64,000 nt of DNA, from positions 3,945-67,944 of IMG/VR virus record IMGVR_UViG_3300043446_004167. One strand, 5' to 3'. Origin of the DNA: a virus. Positions 25,731-34,947 of this stretch are shown one piece after another (the stretch's first letter is position 1; each line of letters opens with the position of its first letter). The notes under the pieces are model-generated. The model ran no database searches. It was not told the DNA's origin and worked only from the letters and a program-made list of their open reading frames with translations. A program made the position numbers and the translations under genes.

Positions 25731-28169
25731 TTAGATATTCCCTACAACTTCACTGAAGGATATTCCAGTTCTAGTTGCAACGAAGGTTATATTAATAAAG
25801 TTAATACTTCTCGCGGGCTGAATGAAAATATCAGCTCTAAATTGATTTGAATCAATAATATCAGGAGTATTGTTACTTTCATCACAAACTAAAAGATAAT
25901 CAGTGATGCCTCTCTTGACTCTTATATCACGAAGATATGGGTCAACTAGATTAATGAAGTTTGTTCTTGTAATTGCATCATTAAATTCAAAGAGTTGAGA
26001 CCTTGCGGCTTGTTCTATTGTTCTTTCGATAGTGAGGAACAATCTTCGAACATTAATTCTATCAAAGGCAGATATATATGAAGATGCTGTCTTATCACCA
26101 TATAGAATGATTCCTTGCCCAGGAGACGCTATAATTGGATTAATACCATTTGAGTACAATTCATCTCTTTGTGATTCTGTTGGATTGTATGCAAGACGAA
26201 TGGCATTATTCAACACTCCTCTGGATGCACCAGCGGGAGAGAACCAAGGATACTGATTAATAGAAGTTCTTGCCATCAAACCAGCAACATCAGAATTACA
26301 AGCTAAGTAGAGAAACTGCTTGTTATATCTATCATAGGTATACTTATATCCAGCATCAAATACTGCATAAGTACTTCCATTTACTCCATTGAAAAATTCC
26401 ACTATATTCTCTGTCTGCTGAGCAGAATTATTCATCGAGTTTAATACCCCAGTTTGATAAGCTGATACAACAGCCATACAATCTTTTCTTTGGTTTGCAA
26501 TTGCAACAAGTTGAGATGCCTTAGCCTGAGCTTCAAAAATGTTGTCGCCTTTAGCTGGTCCACCTAAAATATAATTAATGGAATATTCGGCAGGATTTTC
26601 AAAAATTGAATATTTTTCAGTGATAGAACTTTCAGATAAATCATAGGATTCAACTCCACTTGCTGAATAATCAGAACCATAATTAAGAGCATATTCTTTA
26701 TTTCCAGTTACTTCAAAGAAAGTATCACTAGAATCAGTCTGCCAATCTCCTCCAGTATATGTTGAATATGAATCTATATCTGCAAATTTAGTTGAAGCCC
26801 CACTAGTTGCTGCTCCCACAAACAAATAACTTGAATTATCACGAATATAATCCTTATAGTATATTGATTGAGATGATGCCACTTTACCATCTGTAGCTTT
26901 AGATAGCTTTTCAAATTTTTCTAGTATTTCTCCTACATTTCCAGATAAAGTTCCTTTATTATCAACTACTACTATATTGATTTCATCATTTCTTCCGCCC
27001 TTAGATAGAGTGTATTCCGAAGTTGAGGGTCTTCCTGCAATATTTTTCCAATTGACTGAGCTAGTTCCTAGTATTAATGTTTGTTGGTCATACCAATCTA
27101 ATAGTTTGTAATTACTAGTCGGAGAATATGATGCAATTGTTGATGCATTACTTCCTATGATATTGATAGTAGAACCTTCTGGAATTGAAGCTAGTTGTTT
27201 TTTGGGAGCGTATTCAATATAAGTAGATGTTGAATTCGTAGTATCGTGTCTTGAAATAAGTTTAACATCAATTGATGAATTACCAATTCCAGTTATAATT
27301 CCTTTTAAATATCCATTAAAAACAGTAGGTGTACTTTGATTGATTGGTACGCTAACTCCTTGACCAACTACTATATTAACTCCAGTTGTTGATGAAGTAG
27401 TTGAAACTGTTCCAAATCTGAAAGTTCCATTATATTCGGTTTCACCATCTGTAAAAGTAAATGGTGGAGTTACATATACAGTACCTATTCCAAGTGAGGT
27501 CACTGAAGATAGTCCAGTTAGACTTGAATAATCTCCTGGTACTTGTACATATTTACCAATCATTGCAATATCAGTAGTAATTCCAGTAATTTGTCCTGGA
27601 GCTGTAGATACTGCTGTTCCAGTTTTGGTAGTAGTTACATCAAAAATCTGAGTCGTTACAGTTGTTTCAGTTGTATTAATACCAGAAATAATTTGGTCAG
27701 CAGCTGCATCAATTGTATATACTGTTAATGCATTACCCCAAGTTCCTGGATTTTTAGCAGCAAATGTAAAATTATTAAGAGTATTATCTAATAATTGACC
27801 TGTTTTGCCATTATAATCTTGAACTGATTTTATTTTTACACCTCCAGTTGAACCAATCCCAACAGGAATATATGCATTCCCCATTGCTTTATTGGTATTA
27901 CTATCAGCACGAACAATTCTCATTATACCGCCGTATGACAAATAGTTCGAAGCAGTTAGCCAATATTCGTTTTGACCGTCTGTTAGCTTAGGGTCACCAA
28001 ATACACTACGTAATTGCTGTTCATTCTGAATTAAAACAGGAAGATCAACTGGACCTTTTTGAAATGGGCCGACAAAAGCTGCAACTTGGTCATTAGTTTG
28101 ATCAATTCTACCAAGTGTTAGGTCAATTTCTCTAATTTTAACTCCAGGTGATACTAAATTTACCGCCAT
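25731..28169 (-). CDS. gp18: tail sheath protein
   Basis: SPGVKIREIDLT, PWFSPAG..RG, FDRINVRRLF, LFEFND. Confidence 0.96.
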   Translation of the reverse strand: MAVNLVSPGVKIREIDLTLGRIDQTNDQVAAFVGPFQKGPVDLPVLIQNEQQLRSVFGDPKLTDGQNEYWLTASNYLSYGGIMRIVRADSNTNKAMGNAYIPVGIGSTGGVKIKSVQDYNGKTGQLLDNTLNNFTFAAKNPGTWGNALTVYTIDAAADQIISGINTTETTVTTQIFDVTTTKTGTAVSTAPGQITGITTDIAMIGKYVQVPGDYSSLTGLSSVTSLGIGTVYVTPPFTFTDGETEYNGTFRFGTVSTTSSTTGVNIVVGQGVSVPINQSTPTVFNGYLKGIITGIGNSSIDVKLISRHDTTNSTSTYIEYAPKKQLASIPEGSTINIIGSNASTIASYSPTSNYKLLDWYDQQTLILGTSSVNWKNIAGRPSTSEYTLSKGGRNDEINIVVVDNKGTLSGNVGEILEKFEKLSKATDGKVASSQSIYYKDYIRDNSSYLFVGAATSGASTKFADIDSYSTYTGGDWQTDSSDTFFEVTGNKEYALNYGSDYSASGVESYDLSESSITEKYSIFENPAEYSINYILGGPAKGDNIFEAQAKASQLVAIANQRKDCMAVVSAYQTGVLNSMNNSAQQTENIVEFFNGVNGSTYAVFDAGYKYTYDRYNKQFLYLACNSDVAGLMARTSINQYPWFSPAGASRGVLNNAIRLAYNPTESQRDELYSNGINPIIASPGQGIILYGDKTASSYISAFDRINVRRLFLTIERTIEQAARSQLFEFNDAITRTNFINLVDPYLRDIRVKRGITDYLLVCDESNNTPDIIDSNQFRADIFIQPARSINFINITFVATRTGISFSEVVGNI

Positions 28170-28207
28170 CTGTTTACCTCAATAAGAAGTCTATTTTTAT
28201 CTATAAG

Positions 28208-28215
28208 TATTTATA
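28208..28215 (-). promoter_or_regulatory. late promoter (gp18-gp19)
   Basis: TATAAATA. Confidence 0.7.
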
Positions 28216-28230
28216 AAATAGACTTCTTAT

Positions 28231-31200
28231 TCAGTACATATAATTATAAGATCCCATATTTATATCAAACTCCAACGACTCATATGCTGGAGATTTATTT
28301 GCAGCTATCCATAAATCTCCAGTGCTTTTGTCTATAATTCTTTCTTCATCACTATCTATGCCATCATTGAAAAACCCAAGAGGTATTAATTCAGAATCTA
28401 ATTGCTCTTTTTGCTCCTCTGATAGCTTTTTTCGAATATCATTATTTGTTAAGTCTTTAAAGTAATCTTGAACTATAAACCAAGCAAATATAACTAAACA
28501 ACTAACCAAATCATCATTTGCTCCTATTTCAGCTTCATATGAATTATTTTTTGAAATATATGTTGTAAGCTCACTAATTATTTCAATATCACGAATGAGT
28601 AATTTATCATCTTCTACAATAGTTTTTAAATTTGAACACCCTACTCTTTTTACTTGTTTTGATATTTTAAGGCCATATTGACTATTCTTCCCGTAAAAAT
28701 TTTGACCAATTACTTGACCTGCTCTTCCATTTACCATACTCATCAGAAGATTTCCATATTCTAAATCATAATGAATTGTTTTTGCGACTTGCTCACCTAC
28801 GCTTGCAATTTCAACAATTATGTATGCATTGTTATAAGCAACTGCTACTCTTTTAATAATGTCCGCCAGTAACATTGGTTTCAATTCATTATTTTTATAT
28901 TTTGCTGCAATCGTATATGGTATTGACGTTATATCAAATACAATAAAAGCGTGATAATCTTTACCAACACCTTCAGAGCAATCTACTACTATTAAATATA
29001 TTCTATTCTTTTGAGGCTCTTTGTAAATATCTAAACTATCACTTCTAGATATTGGCTTATCGTGTACTAATGTCTTTAATTTTGATGGTGCAATTAAAGT
29101 CCCAGCAGAACCTAAGAAAGAACATTCAAATTCCTGATTCCAAGCATCAGCTCCAATGTTTGAAATTGTTTGTTCTCTAAATTTCTTATCTCTTCCTGGT
29201 ATTTCATTCCAAGCTACTTCTGTCGGAACATATTCATTTTGACCCCTTTCAGCTTCAGTCCATAATTTATAGTACATATTCATCCCTTTAGGGGTTTGAT
29301 GCCCAAGGAAATTATTGTACAACACTGAATGACACCACTTATCTTCCTCTATTTCTGGTAAAGAAAAATCATAAACTTCATTTTCAGATTCTTCTATATT
29401 TTTTATTTTATACCATACTAAATTCTCCTTTACATTATCAATTAAAAATTCATTAAGATTGTCTATATTTAATTGAATTAATTCTTTTTTAAGTTTTAAT
29501 AATTCAGTTCTTGAAATATTTTCAGTTTGAATAAAATATTTTTTAAATATTCCAAGATTTCGAATATCATTATTATAATTTTCTTTTAAATATTTTTTGG
29601 CAAATGGAATAATATCATTATTATTTCCTATTCTATTTTTATATTCTACATTCTCAAATGTAATTTGCTTTCTTTTTAAACGAAATCCAATATCAGTTAA
29701 ATATTTAATGGCTTGATTTCCATTAATTTCAATACAATAAACACTAGATTCTACTTTTACTTTTTGAGTAGGAGCCGTTTTATGAAAATTGACATTTCCT
29801 AAAACACCTAAATTTGCTAATAATAATTGAATTTGTTGTATCAGTTCTTTAGAAGTTGAAGTATAAGTTACTCTCATTCTATTATTATTTGAACATCCAT
29901 CCCCATCAAAAAGGCCCTGAATTAGAGCTAAAATATTATCTTTAGATAAAGATAATAAACGTTGAGGTATTACCTTTTTTGGAGATTTTAAACCAATATC
30001 AAAACCAATATGTTTTATAAAACTTACTAAATCCTTTGAATTTATACAATAATGAAAATCATCTTTTTTTGTATAAGTTAGATTAAGTTTATTTAATTCT
30101 TCTCTTATATCATCTCCAGATGTTATTATAACCTGACCTCCAGTTATATTGTTAGTATCCTTACTTACAATATCTCTTGCGTAACCTTCAGCTATGAATA
30201 ATCCAAGAAAATATGAAATATCTGGAGTAATGTACTCGCAACTAAAAGTATTTTTAGATTTTCCTTTTTCAGTATAAAACCCAATGTAATCATCATTTCC
30301 AAAAACTTGTTGATTATAATGAACCGGAATATAATCACCTATATTTAAATCTTTACTCTTAACCCACCCATAAGTTCCATTTTTACAAGCCCATAGCTTA
30401 TGTTCGTGTGAGCATTCTAAATCACCATATCGTGTTTTTATGATTTTAGTCGGAGCTTTCCCATTATTAAATACTATATTTCCACTTCTAAATTTATCCA
30501 TTCCATAAACTGAATATTCATCAACTTCATATGCACCATTTCGAGAATGATCTATAAAATTATCAATTTTTGAATACCCAGATGGAGTTAATACATAAGT
30601 ATTTTTAACGACACAAGAAACTATAATTACTTTTGTATCTTTACCTGAAGTTACAGTGGGGTAAGTTGATCTGAAAAATTCTTCGGCTATTTGATTTGGA
30701 ATAAAAGCAAATTCATCTAGGAAAATGATATTATAAGTACCTCCTCGTACTGATGAGGCTGAAGTCGAAGCTGCTAGAATTTTAGAACCATTATCTAATT
30801 CTAAAGATGCTTTGTTCCAAATTTTAACTCCGTGTTGCATCCATTTGGGTAAATTTTCATATGCAAGTTGGAGTCTTGCTAATAAATCCTTAGCAGTTTG
30901 TGCCTTGTTTGCGAGAATTGCAATATTTACATCACTATTAAAAATAGCATAATGCAATAGATATGATACTGCGGTTGTCGAATTGTGAGTTGGAATAAAA
31001 GTTTTTCCACATAAGAAAAGATGGTCTTCACTATCAACTCTAATGCAAGCTACAGGTACACTGTCAACTTTTTCTATTTTTTGAATATAGTGTCTTTTAT
31101 CTTGAATTCTTGTTGATTTAAACTTATCTATTAAATTTATCTTTCTTGGTAAATTAAATACAACTTCTTTTGTAGTAAATGAAATCGTATAGTATAAACA

Positions 31201-32226
31201 CCCATTTATTTTTTTAACTCTTACTTTAGATTTAATGCTTAAGGTTGAAAGTAATTCAACTACTTGCTCTATAAGCTCATAATTTTTTTGATAGAATTCG
31301 AATGATCTACTATTTGGCTTTACTGACCCATCAGTATCCATTAATCCTCTTAATAGCTCTAGTCTATCAGAGTATGATGCCCTTAAATATTTTTGAGGTA
31401 TATGTTTATTTTTTAAAAGTTTATTTTCTTTTAATTTTTGATATAAATTAATACACTTAAATCTTATACAATTATCTTGTTCTTTAAAATGTTCAACTTC
31501 TATTTTAGTTTTATAATAACTAAAATCATCTTTGTGTGATATAACTCTTCCATCTGCAGAGTATCCATCCCCTAACCAAACTCCAAGTAAATATGGATTA
31601 ATAGGAAGTTCACCATCTATAAAATTATCAATATGTTTAGCTAATTCAATATAGTAAGAACCTTGTACACCTAATCCTCTTTTATTTTTAGTTTTCTTTT
31701 CATATACATTTGCTATATCTTGAGTTCTAAGTATTTTCTTACCAGAAGTCCAATATGAACTGTTAACTTCCCATAAATGGTCAGCATCCGCAATAATTTC
31801 TTCACCATTATCAAAATAGAGCTTATAGCAACTATGATTATACATAGTTTCAGTCTTCATTGTAACTGAAACTGGTCTACCATTAGGAGACAAGATAATA
31901 TCACCTACTTTAATCTCACCCATTGTAGTCCAACCTTCTGGAGTTGGAATAGGAGTATCTAATGCTAATGCCTTTCCACTCTGCCGAGGCAGTTTACATA
32001 TATTAAAACGATTTTTATGAAATCTAGTAATAAGTTTTTCTTGAAACTTATACATATTGAAAGGAACTACCCCTTCATCTACACTAATAATTTTAATATA
32101 TTTTTTGGCAAAATATACAGGGTCTTTTCGGCATTTAATTATTTCATCTACTTGTTCTGGAGTAAACTCAATATTAGTATATGCTTTTTTTAATTGAGGA
32201 TTACCAGAATATATTTCAGAACTCAT
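28231..32226 (-). CDS. gp17: terminase large subunit with two inteins (561-aa predicted spliced product)
   Basis: PRQSGK|STT Walker A, IFLDEFAF Walker B, IIVS|TPKG, nuclease VDCSEG and DDLV; 1331-330-440=561 aa. Confidence 0.96.
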   Translation of the reverse strand: MSSEIYSGNPQLKKAYTNIEFTPEQVDEIIKCRKDPVYFAKKYIKIISVDEGVVPFNMYKFQEKLITRFHKNRFNICKLPRQSGKALALDTPIPTPEGWTTMGEIKVGDIILSPNGRPVSVTMKTETMYNHSCYKLYFDNGEEIIADADHLWEVNSSYWTSGKKILRTQDIANVYEKKTKNKRGLGVQGSYYIELAKHIDNFIDGELPINPYLLGVWLGDGYSADGRVISHKDDFSYYKTKIEVEHFKEQDNCIRFKCINLYQKLKENKLLKNKHIPQKYLRASYSDRLELLRGLMDTDGSVKPNSRSFEFYQKNYELIEQVVELLSTLSIKSKVRVKKINGCLYYTISFTTKEVVFNLPRKINLIDKFKSTRIQDKRHYIQKIEKVDSVPVACIRVDSEDHLFLCGKTFIPTHNSTTAVSYLLHYAIFNSDVNIAILANKAQTAKDLLARLQLAYENLPKWMQHGVKIWNKASLELDNGSKILAASTSASSVRGGTYNIIFLDEFAFIPNQIAEEFFRSTYPTVTSGKDTKVIIVSCVVKNTYVLTPSGYSKIDNFIDHSRNGAYEVDEYSVYGMDKFRSGNIVFNNGKAPTKIIKTRYGDLECSHEHKLWACKNGTYGWVKSKDLNIGDYIPVHYNQQVFGNDDYIGFYTEKGKSKNTFSCEYITPDISYFLGLFIAEGYARDIVSKDTNNITGGQVIITSGDDIREELNKLNLTYTKKDDFHYCINSKDLVSFIKHIGFDIGLKSPKKVIPQRLLSLSKDNILALIQGLFDGDGCSNNNRMRVTYTSTSKELIQQIQLLLANLGVLGNVNFHKTAPTQKVKVESSVYCIEINGNQAIKYLTDIGFRLKRKQITFENVEYKNRIGNNNDIIPFAKKYLKENYNNDIRNLGIFKKYFIQTENISRTELLKLKKELIQLNIDNLNEFLIDNVKENLVWYKIKNIEESENEVYDFSLPEIEEDKWCHSVLYNNFLGHQTPKGMNMYYKLWTEAERGQNEYVPTEVAWNEIPGRDKKFREQTISNIGADAWNQEFECSFLGSAGTLIAPSKLKTLVHDKPISRSDSLDIYKEPQKNRIYLIVVDCSEGVGKDYHAFIVFDITSIPYTIAAKYKNNELKPMLLADIIKRVAVAYNNAYIIVEIASVGEQVAKTIHYDLEYGNLLMSMVNGRAGQVIGQNFYGKNSQYGLKISKQVKRVGCSNLKTIVEDDKLLIRDIEIISELTTYISKNNSYEAEIGANDDLVSCLVIFAWFIVQDYFKDLTNNDIRKKLSEEQKEQLDSELIPLGFFNDGIDSDEERIIDKSTGDLWIAANKSPAYESLEFDINMGSYNYMY
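29296..30615 (-). mobile_element. intein 2 of gp17 (440 aa, Cys1, C-terminal His-Gln, Thr+1) with LAGLIDADG endonuclease
   Basis: CVVKNT start, CSHEHKL block B, YFLGLFIAEG and LIQGLFDGDG, VYDFSL...GHQ|T. Confidence 0.92.
30982..31971 (-). mobile_element. intein 1 of gp17 (330 aa, Ala1, class 3) with LAGLIDADG endonuclease
   Basis: ALALDTPIPTP start, ADADHLW, LLGVWLGDG and LLRGLMDTDG, VACIRVD, PTHN|S. Confidence 0.93.
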
Positions 32227-32405
32227 TGTTTAAGTACGACTCCTAAGTCACTATAAACTTCCAATGTGGAAAGATATAATTTAACACAATATTTAGCCTT
32301 CTCTCTCATCTCTTCAATATTATTACAATTATCTAATTCTCTAGATATTTTTTCATACTCAAAAATTTTACTTAAATTTTTAAGTTCAATTTCATCTGGA
32401 TTCAT
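32223..32405 (-). CDS. small two-helix hypothetical protein (NblA-like candidate)
   Basis: 60 aa with ATGA overlaps on both sides. Confidence 0.65.
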   Translation of the reverse strand: MNPDEIELKNLSKIFEYEKISRELDNCNNIEEMREKAKYCVKLYLSTLEVYSDLGVVLKQ

Positions 32406-33394
32406 TTTTTATTATCTCCTGAAATTACGTAAGGTTTTGTTGGGTCAATTCTTGAAGGCTTATATGACAATACTATTGCACCTGGATAAACTTTATTAAC
32501 TTCAAACGTAACTTCTTCTTTTGTTGGAACTTTCATATTTGGGAAAAACATTTGAAGGGTTTTAGGTATTCCTCTCCAAGAAAGAAGAATAGTGAAGGTA
32601 TTTCCATTAATTTGTAATCTTGTATACTCTTCCTTTAATTTTTTAGATGTTTTCCCCCAATTTGCAGCTCCTACTTTACGGCATTTGACCAAAGCAGCAG
32701 AACCATATGCGCTGGGCCAGACTGAAAATCTAGATTTTACTTTATAGTAACAAGCATCTTTAGTACCACTTCCCTTTCCTGGTATATCTTTTTGTCCTTC
32801 ATTTAACCTAACTGATTCTTTAATACCAGGCTCTGCTTTTATATAATTAGGATCTCTTTTGCCCTTTGCGAATGTTTTAACCATTTTAGGTTTAGATGCC
32901 CCACTTTTTTCTTGTTGCTCGGGGTCTTGCTTTCTTTTTCTACGAATTGCAGAGTTTATGAGAGATTTACCTTTTTTACCTAACCTTTTAAGTGATTTCA
33001 GCCTTCCGCTACTAAAGCACTTTGGAGTTTTAGTTTCTCCAGGTTCATTTGCACATGGGCTACCATCCGCTTGCACCCAACCTGGTTTTCCATCTTTTGA
33101 TTTGGAACCTTTAAACCAATGATGAAGAGTTCCTTCCGATACTGATGATTTTTTTGCTTGTTTTTCTAATTTGTTTAGTCTCGTATAATAATCTGGTATC
33201 TCATTTAAATGTTGGAGTGCTATAATTTTAGCTAAGTCCTCATCTTTAGTATGTTCTTTTTCAATTTTTATTCCAGCCTTTAATTGGTCTAAAATTAAAG
33301 AAGAATCTACTTTATGCTTCTTTGCAATTTCTTGAGGACTTTTGAAAGAATTTATTTTATCGGTTTGTTCTCTAAACTCTTGAAATGTTTTCAT
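32402..33394 (-). CDS. modular basic late protein with a capsid-targeting-like leader
   Basis: MKTFQEFRE start; DUF5661-like GIKIEKEHT...IALQHL.EIPDYY segment; late promoter at 33408-33415. Confidence 0.75.
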   Translation of the reverse strand: MKTFQEFREQTDKINSFKSPQEIAKKHKVDSSLILDQLKAGIKIEKEHTKDEDLAKIIALQHLNEIPDYYTRLNKLEKQAKKSSVSEGTLHHWFKGSKSKDGKPGWVQADGSPCANEPGETKTPKCFSSGRLKSLKRLGKKGKSLINSAIRRKRKQDPEQQEKSGASKPKMVKTFAKGKRDPNYIKAEPGIKESVRLNEGQKDIPGKGSGTKDACYYKVKSRFSVWPSAYGSAALVKCRKVGAANWGKTSKKLKEEYTRLQINGNTFTILLSWRGIPKTLQMFFPNMKVPTKEEVTFEVNKVYPGAIVLSYKPSRIDPTKPYVISGDNKK

Positions 33395-33410
33395 TTTAGT
33401 TTATAGTTAT

Positions 33411-33869
33411 TTATTTTTGTATGTTTTCTTTCAAAAATTTTTGTAGTTCTGCAGTCGAACCGACAAAAACTGCATTAGTTGTTTGATTAGTAACAGATGG
33501 TTTTTTACTAGAAGTCTCTTCTTCTTTTATTTTCTTCATTTTTTGATGACGGTCCAAATACCCATCATCTATTTCTTTTGCAATTTTAATTAGTTGCCCA
33601 ACAACTTCAAAATCTCTAGCTTTTTGTGTATTTTTTGCAATCTCAAACATTTCATATATCACATCATTAATTGTAGAAGTTAAATCATAGTTATTAGTAC
33701 GAGAGTAATCATAATCTAAATCAATCTCTTCATTTTGATTCGTTTTTTTATTCTTTTTATTATCTTTGATAATTTTATTTGATACTCTACGAACTTCGTC
33801 AGGCTTAATGTCAATAATTGATGATTCAATGTCTAATGCCTCGTCTATTGGGTCAAATCTTTTTGTCAT
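33411..33869 (-). CDS. gp16: terminase small subunit
   Basis: DYDYSR, R.FEV.GQLIK, NAVFVGST.ELQK.L. Confidence 0.88.
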   Translation of the reverse strand: MTKRFDPIDEALDIESSIIDIKPDEVRRVSNKIIKDNKKNKKTNQNEEIDLDYDYSRTNNYDLTSTINDVIYEMFEIAKNTQKARDFEVVGQLIKIAKEIDDGYLDRHQKMKKIKEEETSSKKPSVTNQTTNAVFVGSTAELQKFLKENIQK

Positions 33870-34921
33870 ACATCTTCATCCTTTCTAGGGCTATAAATTT
33901 TACCATCATCAAAATTAAAATTCTCTTCATTAAAATCAAAATCATCTCCAAATTCTATCAATTCATCATCTGATGAATTTATCACATTAATATAATCACC
34001 ATCTTGATGTACTGAAATTGTGGTATCATCTTTTCCTCTAACTACTGTAATTAGATTATCTTCAATCTTAGTTATATACATATTTTCATTATTAATCTGA
34101 ATATATGTATTTTCTTCTAAAACTGCTCCATCTGAAACATTAAATTGATTAGTTAATCTATCTATATTTTGAGCTAGAGTCGTTGTTTCATCATTATCAT
34201 AATCTTTAACTGCTCTTGGAGTTGCAATATATCGAAGCTGTCTAGAAGCATTTACTCTTTGAGTATTTGAATAATAATCAACTTGTACTTTTTTAATCAG
34301 CTTAGAGTTCTCGTCTGAAGGTATTGGACCATAAAAATATATTTTAGCACTAAAATTTAAAGTGCATTGTATAAATCTTCGAGTTTCATAATATCCATCA
34401 TATTCATCCTGGAATGGTGATATACTTTGCAAAACAATAGGAATATCTTTAGTATCTCCTAATGATGAAACTAAATTTACTGATAAATTATATTCAGGTT
34501 TAAATATTGGTATTATTTGCTCTACAATTTGAAACATATCATCATTGTTTTTTGTAGCTATTGAAAGCTCAAATGGTAAAACATAAGGAATTGGCATAAA
34601 CAAATTAGTTGGCGTATTATTTGAGCCATATCCAGCTTTAAATGTTTGAGTCGATTGAGACTTTCTAGATGCATCATAAGTTAATTGACCAATCTGAAAT
34701 GACATTCTTGGTAGAGTAATCGCTACCCTATTTCTTAGGTCTGGTTTTTGTTCAATTCTCGCTAAAAACTTTTGAATTGGTCCATATGCCAATGGTACTT
34801 TAATATAACTGAAATCTTCACCTTCATCGGTTTGATGGCGGATGTATATGTTATTAAATAAAGTACCAAAGGCTGCACTAGTTCTCCTTATTATTTCGTG
34901 ATAGGAGTAGTTAATTGCCAT
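33866..34921 (-). CDS. gp15: tail sheath terminator / head-tail connector
   Basis: YHEIIRR...AFGTLFNNI, KVPLAYGP.QKFLAR, LPRMSF. Confidence 0.93.
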   Translation of the reverse strand: MAINYSYHEIIRRTSAAFGTLFNNIYIRHQTDEGEDFSYIKVPLAYGPIQKFLARIEQKPDLRNRVAITLPRMSFQIGQLTYDASRKSQSTQTFKAGYGSNNTPTNLFMPIPYVLPFELSIATKNNDDMFQIVEQIIPIFKPEYNLSVNLVSSLGDTKDIPIVLQSISPFQDEYDGYYETRRFIQCTLNFSAKIYFYGPIPSDENSKLIKKVQVDYYSNTQRVNASRQLRYIATPRAVKDYDNDETTTLAQNIDRLTNQFNVSDGAVLEENTYIQINNENMYITKIEDNLITVVRGKDDTTISVHQDGDYINVINSSDDELIEFGDDFDFNEENFNFDDGKIYSPRKDEDV

Positions 34922-34947
34922 ATAAATTATAAATTATTCTAATTTAT

